59,988 nucleotides of DNA from a virus. Taxonomy: Duplodnaviria > Caudoviricetes. Made by a program: the position numbers and the translations under genes. Each line of letters starts with the position of its first letter. Position 1 is the first letter of the stretch. Location: positions 1-59,988 of IMG/VR virus record IMGVR_UViG_3300030392_000341. One strand, written 5' to 3'. Below, one piece after another: positions 54,818 through 59,988 of this stretch. Below the pieces are notes generated by a model. It was not told where the DNA came from, searched no databases, and saw nothing but the letters and a program-made list of their open reading frames with translations.

Positions 54818-57188
54818 AACAAAAATGATTAATGTAGTGACATCCTTTTCCGAAGAAGGCTGGAGAAATTACGCACAGAGTATGGTGGAATCCGTAGCCA
54901 AGAACTGGGGTCCTAATCTCCATCTGACTGCCTTCTATCATGACTTTGATTTACATACATACAAACCAGTAAAGTCTCCTCGCATCACTTATCGAAACCT
55001 GAATGAAGTTGCTGATATGGCAGAGTTCAAGGAAATCCATAAAAGTTATGATGGTACAATGGGAGGAAAGCGTCCCTATAACTGGACCATAGATTGTATC
55101 AAGTTTTGTCATAAAGTTTTTGCTTTGACTGAGTTAGCATTTGAACTGTGTGAAGACAACACCAAACCGGGATGGTTGGTATGGTTGGATGCTGATACGG
55201 TGACAGAGAAGAGGTTTACGAATGCGAACATGTCTGCCTGTCTCCCTGACAAAGCAAGTCTGGTTTATCTAGGACGCAAGCATTTCGATTACAGTGAAAC
55301 TTCTTTTGTAGGGTTTAATCTCAATCATCGACCTCCCTTGGATTTGCTAGGAGACTTGAGAGGACAGTATATTTCCGGTGAAGTTATTCAGTACCGGGAA
55401 TGGCATGATGGTTTTATTTTTGAACGGCTGCTTACGTTGTATAATGCACATGGAATGAAGAGCCATGATTGGACAGGACATCTTGATGAAATAAAGAGCA
55501 TGACCAAAGGCAAGCAAGCTTTTGAACATGCTCCTATAGGTCAGTACATGACCCATTACAAAGGAAGAAAAAAGAAGCTTCATACCGAAGAGCATTCAGA
55601 AGACCTGCCCATCAAAGCGAAACGATACAAACAGTTACTAGATTGTATACAGTTATACAAACCACAGACTATCTTGGAGACAGGTACTTTTAATGGACAA
55701 CGTGCCATCGAAATGTCCTTGGCTGCTTTTCAGCATCATGATACAGTTACTTACATTGGTTATGATTTATTTGAAAATGCTACGCTGGAATCGGACATCA
55801 AGGAATTTAACAGCAAGGCACATAACACTGTAAAAGTTATCAGGGACCGCTTAAATCAATTCGCAGAAAAAATGAAGGAAAAGAAGAAGGTCTTCAATTT
55901 TCGTTTGGTAGCAGGGGATACAAAAGAAACTTTACAACACCCTATTATTGTCTCTACCTCTACTGGTGAAACAGTAATTAATCCCTCTGATGTAGATTTT
56001 GCCTACATAGATGGTGGGCATTCAGATGATACAGTGAAACATGATTATAATATATTGAAAAATGTTCCTGTTATTATAATGGATGATTTCATAACTCCTA
56101 TCAAGGAATATAAGGAAGACATCACTTTCTATCAAGCAGTCAATCGTATCTACACTAGTCTAAAAGATAAAAGAAAATGGATATTCCCTTCCGGTGACCC
56201 TGTATTTGCTGATGGAGAACGTATCGGAAGCACTCATTTTGTTATGGTGTTGAAGGATGATACAATAGAAGAGCCACCCCCGCAACTTTTCCAAATGCCT
56301 ATCGTTGTTCAGCCTCGTGACTGTGTTCCTAAAGATTACATACGAGATAACATTCGACAGAATACGAAACTCATTACCAAGTGGGTTGGAAGGGCAAAAA
56401 GAAATAACGAGATTGCTATTATGGTATCAGGAGGAGCAAGTACCGATTGGGATAAAGTAAGAGCAGTTGTTCGACACGAAGGAGAAGAGAACTGTAAGAT
56501 AGTATGTGTCAAACATTCTTACCCTACTCTCTTAAAGGAAGGACTGTTTCCTTGGGCCTGTGTTATACTGGACCCTCGTCCTGTCTCAGGTATCAGCACA
56601 CATGGGATTGTACGGTCCACTTTATTTAAAGACATACATCCTGATACGACCTTTATGTTAGCGTCCATGACGGACCCTTCCGTTACCAAGCTGATTAAGA
56701 ACAGGACCGATAAGCTTATAGGCTGGCACGCCTTCTCCGAAGCTCTGAGAGACTCTCAAGAGCATGGTAAGCAGCCAGTAGATAATAAACTGATTGTCAA
56801 GGAAGAGCTAGGCTTGGAGGAAGGAGCTACACTGATTGTGGGAGGAACCTGTGCAGCTATGAGAAGCATAGGAATTATGCATACCCTTGGTTTTCGTAAT
56901 TTTCATTTGTTTGGATATGATTGTTCGATAAACGAGCCGCCTGAAGAAGAACAAAAGAAAAAGGATGAAGAAGACAAACCCAAATACATCCGGGTTAGTG
57001 TAGATAACAAGCCGTATTGGACAACAGGAGAATTGTTGGCAATGGCACAGGATTGTGAAAAATTATTCGAGAGAGATGACATAGACATGGACATTGTTTT
57101 TCATGGAGAGAATACATTAGTCTCCGAAGTATGGAAAACATCTCCTGTAAAAGAACTTAAACCCTATCATCAAGTAGTAGGAGGATAA
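54810..57188 (+). CDS. Three-domain fusion: GT-like, class I SAM methyltransferase, and DUF115/Maf-like
   Basis: KFCHKVFA/WLDAD/EWHD; ILETGTFNG...YIDGGH...IMDD; IMVSGGAS...LDPR...GFRNFHLFGYDCS. Confidence 0.75.
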   Translation: MSKTKMINVVTSFSEEGWRNYAQSMVESVAKNWGPNLHLTAFYHDFDLHTYKPVKSPRITYRNLNEVADMAEFKEIHKSYDGTMGGKRPYNWTIDCIKFCHKVFALTELAFELCEDNTKPGWLVWLDADTVTEKRFTNANMSACLPDKASLVYLGRKHFDYSETSFVGFNLNHRPPLDLLGDLRGQYISGEVIQYREWHDGFIFERLLTLYNAHGMKSHDWTGHLDEIKSMTKGKQAFEHAPIGQYMTHYKGRKKKLHTEEHSEDLPIKAKRYKQLLDCIQLYKPQTILETGTFNGQRAIEMSLAAFQHHDTVTYIGYDLFENATLESDIKEFNSKAHNTVKVIRDRLNQFAEKMKEKKKVFNFRLVAGDTKETLQHPIIVSTSTGETVINPSDVDFAYIDGGHSDDTVKHDYNILKNVPVIIMDDFITPIKEYKEDITFYQAVNRIYTSLKDKRKWIFPSGDPVFADGERIGSTHFVMVLKDDTIEEPPPQLFQMPIVVQPRDCVPKDYIRDNIRQNTKLITKWVGRAKRNNEIAIMVSGGASTDWDKVRAVVRHEGEENCKIVCVKHSYPTLLKEGLFPWACVILDPRPVSGISTHGIVRSTLFKDIHPDTTFMLASMTDPSVTKLIKNRTDKLIGWHAFSEALRDSQEHGKQPVDNKLIVKEELGLEEGATLIVGGTCAAMRSIGIMHTLGFRNFHLFGYDCSINEPPEEEQKKKDEEDKPKYIRVSVDNKPYWTTGELLAMAQDCEKLFERDDIDMDIVFHGENTLVSEVWKTSPVKELKPYHQVVGG

Positions 57189-57189
57189 G

Positions 57190-57594
57190 ATGGTATTAGG
57201 AATTGCAGAAGCTGTCGTAGGTGTAGTTGGTAGTGTGCTCGACAAGTTTGTAGAGGACAAAGATTTAAGGGCCAAGCTAGACCATGAATTAAAAACACAG
57301 GTACAGAAAGCTAATCTGTCACAGATAGCAGTCAACATGGAACAGGCTAGACATCCCTCCATCTTTGTTGCAGGAGCAAGACCTGCCATCATGTGGATAT
57401 GCGCCTTTGGTCTTGGTTGGCAGTTCGTCTTTCAACCTATTTTTGTATGGGGATTGGCTGTCACATCTTCAGCTATACCAGTACCTGTTATTGCAACAGA
57501 CGGCTTACTCACCTTAACCCTTTCCCTACTAGGTCTAGGTGGTATGAGAAGCTTTGAGAAAATGAAGGGAGTTCAAAGAGAGAACTTAAAATGA
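57190..57594 (+). CDS. Holin of 3TMs (GTA-type)
   Basis: EQARHPSIFVAGARPAIMWIC...LLGLGGMRSFEK. Confidence 0.85.
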   Translation: MVLGIAEAVVGVVGSVLDKFVEDKDLRAKLDHELKTQVQKANLSQIAVNMEQARHPSIFVAGARPAIMWICAFGLGWQFVFQPIFVWGLAVTSSAIPVPVIATDGLLTLTLSLLGLGGMRSFEKMKGVQRENLK

Positions 57595-57854
57595 AGAACT
57601 TTAAGAGGTGGCTATTTGAATTAAAAGTAATCTTTATTGTAGCCGCCTTATTCTTTTTATTCTTTGCACTCTGGAATGAGGTAGCATCTGCCGAACTCAT
57701 ATTTGATAAAGATTCTTTTATTGTTAAAGAACACTATTATCTCTATGAGAACGACAGCTACTTTGCAAGGCTCTCGTGGATGCCTGAAGAATACGCTACT
57801 TCTAATGATATTTTTAAACTTATCAAATGTGAAATTGGTATATGGTTGAACTAA
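57591..57854 (+). CDS. Hypothetical membrane-anchored protein
   Basis: 87 aa with one TM segment. Confidence 0.55.
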   Translation: MKNFKRWLFELKVIFIVAALFFLFFALWNEVASAELIFDKDSFIVKEHYYLYENDSYFARLSWMPEEYATSNDIFKLIKCEIGIWLN

Positions 57855-58252
57855 ACGATAAACAGGAAAAATTTGCACAGGCTTATATCATTCATCGAAA
57901 TGCAACACAAGCAGCCCGTGCTGCAGGGTATGCCGAAGCTTCCGCTTATAACCAAGGATACAGATTACTTCAACATGCTCTGGTCAAGGAACGTATAGAA
58001 GAACTTGAAGGTGAACTAGAAACCAGCGTAGATGTTATCGAAGAGATTGAAAGTCAATATTCTTTTGCCAAACAACACGGCAACACCAACAGTGCTATCA
58101 AGGCTTTGGAACTATTGTCTAGAATCAGAGGGAACAAGAGCGAAAAGGAAGACAAAAGCCATGAAGACTTGCGTTCCCGCATCGTTCAGTTCATGGAGAT
58201 TCTGGGCAAAGAAGAAATAGAAACTCTGGTTGCCAAGTGTAAGTTCGACTAG
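57842..58252 (+). CDS. terS: Terminase small subunit-like HTH protein
   Basis: LNDKQEKFAQAY...NATQAARAAGY...GYRLL and IKALELL. Confidence 0.75.
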   Translation: MVELNDKQEKFAQAYIIHRNATQAARAAGYAEASAYNQGYRLLQHALVKERIEELEGELETSVDVIEEIESQYSFAKQHGNTNSAIKALELLSRIRGNKSEKEDKSHEDLRSRIVQFMEILGKEEIETLVAKCKFD

Positions 58253-58569
58253 ACACTAAAACTTTCTCCACATCCACATAAAGACTTTGCATTAGGATTC
58301 TCTATCTTCAGAATAGACCCTGCAATATCCTCGCTATAATCAATCGTAGTACCTGTTACGAACATAATTGCTAGAGGGTCAATAAAAAGAGAACCTGTTT
58401 CCAATGGTATTTTTTCTGCTGCTTTTGTTTCCTCCTCTATAAGGGACCAGACATAAGAAAATCCTGAACAACCCCCTCCCTTAACAGACAAAAGAACTCC
58501 CTGTGAATCAGGAGAGTTCTTCAGTATTCCCGAAAGATGTTCATTAGCTTTAGAAGTTAGTGTTATCAA
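58249..58569 (-). CDS. iscA: Fe-S cluster A-type carrier IscA/HesB
   Basis: GGGCSGFSY, GTTIDY and NPNAKSLCGCGESFSV; probable TTG start giving MITLT at 58569 (track start 58608). Confidence 0.9.
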   Translation of the reverse strand: MITLTSKANEHLSGILKNSPDSQGVLLSVKGGGCSGFSYVWSLIEEETKAAEKIPLETGSLFIDPLAIMFVTGTTIDYSEDIAGSILKIENPNAKSLCGCGESFSV

Positions 58570-58574
58570 TGCTT

Positions 58575-58739
58575 TTATTTTCCATTGCTTCCATTGCGTT
58601 TGTTCCAAAGCTGAAAGAGTGTTGCTACTTTCTCTTTGAGTACTTCTATTTGAGAGTGCATCTTAGCTAAAATAATTATCAAAGAAATAATAGCTAGTAG
58701 AATAGGCCATGAGGTACGCATTAATTCCATCCAATCCAT
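58575..58739 (-). CDS. Small TM + coiled-coil protein (54 aa)
   Basis: Hand translation MDWMELMRTSWPILLAIISLIIILAKMHSQIEVLKEKVATLFQLWNK... Confidence 0.6.
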   Translation of the reverse strand: MDWMELMRTSWPILLAIISLIIILAKMHSQIEVLKEKVATLFQLWNKRNGSNGK

Positions 58740-58758
58740 CTTAGTTCTCTACCTCTCA

Positions 58759-59043
58759 TTAAGTAGTTACTAACTTGGCTAACAAGCTATCTAGTTTATT
58801 TTCCAATTTATCAAATCGGTCTAGAAGCTTTGTCATATCTCTTTCCATTTCTGTTTTAATTTCGGTGACCTCTTTTGCCAACTCGTTTCTTGTTGCATAT
58901 ATTCTTGGAAGTTCTTCACGAGTATCTGCTACTCTCCGTTTAATATCGGACAGTTGCTGAGTAACTCCTCGCATCCACCACATAAATCCTCCAGCAGCGA
59001 GGCTTAAAATGGCATTCCAAAGCATTGTTGGGTCTGTTGGCAT
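58759..59043 (-). CDS. TM + coiled-coil protein
   Basis: LWNAILSLAAGGFMWW followed by a heptad coiled coil; AGGA RBS. Confidence 0.7.
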   Translation of the reverse strand: MPTDPTMLWNAILSLAAGGFMWWMRGVTQQLSDIKRRVADTREELPRIYATRNELAKEVTEIKTEMERDMTKLLDRFDKLENKLDSLLAKLVTT

Positions 59044-59068
59044 AGCAGGTTCCTTCTCTTTATTATGT

Positions 59069-59887
59069 TTATTCTATAACTTTTTTAATGTAATCTTCTA
59101 CTATTATGTCTTCTCCACCACCATGCCAAGCTCCAATTACTTCTTTAAATTCTTCTTCACTAAGATTGTCGGGGTCATACTCAAGAATTTTAGCCTTACG
59201 TTTAAATAACTGGTTACCTAGTTGCCAATACAATGCTTGCTCTTCTTCTGATGGACCTTCCCTACCCCATTTGTAAGTTCCTCTTTCAGGATTGTAATCT
59301 TCCCTACTAGGAACATCAGAGTATTCATAGATTTCTTCGTAGCCTTTCTTATCTGGTTCTTTACCAAACTCCAATGCTAATTCTTGTTCGCCTATTAGTT
59401 CTTTTGCAAATCTCTTTTGGTCATTAGTCAGTTTTACAAACTGTAGCAAATCCTCTAAGGACCCCTTTGTTATCTGTAAAGGACCATAAGCAGATGAGCC
59501 TTTCTCTGGAGCAAAACTAGTACGTACCCAAGGATTATCATACCCCCTAGTTTCATGAGCAGCAATCATTTGTAGTACGTCATCTATGGACCCACCCTCC
59601 TGTAAGTTAGCACGAGGATTTTGTTTGATATAAGAATTAATTTCTAGCCCTATTGCCCTTTGTCTATCAGTATAAGGATAGGGTTCTTCCATGAATTGCT
59701 GACCTTCTACTAAGGGACCAAACAACATGTTCCCTAGTACTTGGTCAGCATAACTTATGTCAAACCATTTATCAGGACGACGAGTTTCAGGGTCATCTCG
59801 ATTGACAGCATTACGATAATGTGCTTTGGTAATGTTTCGTTGGACCGGATTATTCTTCATGATATATTTGAATTCATCCGTAAGTTT
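59069..59887 (-). CDS. C-terminal part of the large internal virion protein, with a lysozyme/lytic-transglycosylase-like domain
   Basis: Motifs IAAHET (putative catalytic Glu), SSAYGPLQIT (GxxQ) and GAWHGG (AYNxG-like); in frame with 1..3990. Confidence 0.7.
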   Translation of the reverse strand, partial: KLTDEFKYIMKNNPVQRNITKAHYRNAVNRDDPETRRPDKWFDISYADQVLGNMLFGPLVEGQQFMEEPYPYTDRQRAIGLEINSYIKQNPRANLQEGGSIDDVLQMIAAHETRGYDNPWVRTSFAPEKGSSAYGPLQITKGSLEDLLQFVKLTNDQKRFAKELIGEQELALEFGKEPDKKGYEEIYEYSDVPSREDYNPERGTYKWGREGPSEEEQALYWQLGNQLFKRKAKILEYDPDNLSEEEFKEVIGAWHGGGEDIIVEDYIKKVIE

Positions 59888-59988
59888 TTTTAGTACAGGG
59901 TCTTTTGTTTTAAGACCATGTATCGCTTCTCCGATAACTAATTTATCTAGGTTAGGACCAGTAATTTCTTCATTATAAACTTCAACCA
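59888..59988. repeat. Terminal direct overlap (copy 2)
   Basis: Identical to 1-101 except one base; the reading frame continues across the join. Confidence 0.95.

Noticed and set aside
37611-57878. Minus-strand ORFs in the replication arm (e.g. 41174..41611, 48332..48649)
   Set aside because: They are antisense shadows of recognised plus-strand genes.

Overview
This window appears to be an essentially complete, circularly assembled ~59.9-kb lytic podovirus-type dsDNA phage genome. The last 101 nt repeat the first 101 nt with one mismatch, and one ~1600-aa gene reads across that join. There are two divergent arms around an AT-rich non-coding switch region (~36.5-37.1 kb). The minus arm carries morphogenesis genes: TerL, portal, GroES, scaffold, major capsid, head-tail adaptors, multi-cassette tail fibres, tail nozzle and large internal virion proteins. 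The plus arm carries small early genes, a DUF932-like protein, a T7-like primase-helicase, family A DNA polymerase, SSB, nucleases, class II RNR, Hsp20, glycosyl/methyltransferases, a 3-TM holin and TerS. An IscA gene ends the minus arm. The gene content resembles HMO-2011/cobavirus-like phages of marine Alphaproteobacteria; this is inference, no search was run. No RNA polymerase, integrase, tRNA or CRISPR was recognised. The most unusual features are: (1) a tandem array of K/R-rich genes with unrelated N-termini and a near-identical C-terminal tag GGK(I/V)MxGYKAGG(K/R)V*; (2) an 'xxGG-x-hydrophobic' motif recurring in many putative virion-cargo proteins, twice joined to an ERNP motif shared with the portal N-terminus; (3) three GTGACA-N3-TGTCAC palindromes, one with an inverted spacer, around the first early promoter and gene; (4) a 51-bp in-frame segment shared by two genes 27 kb apart; (5) a GT8 plus GT/MTase/Maf-like glycosylation module.
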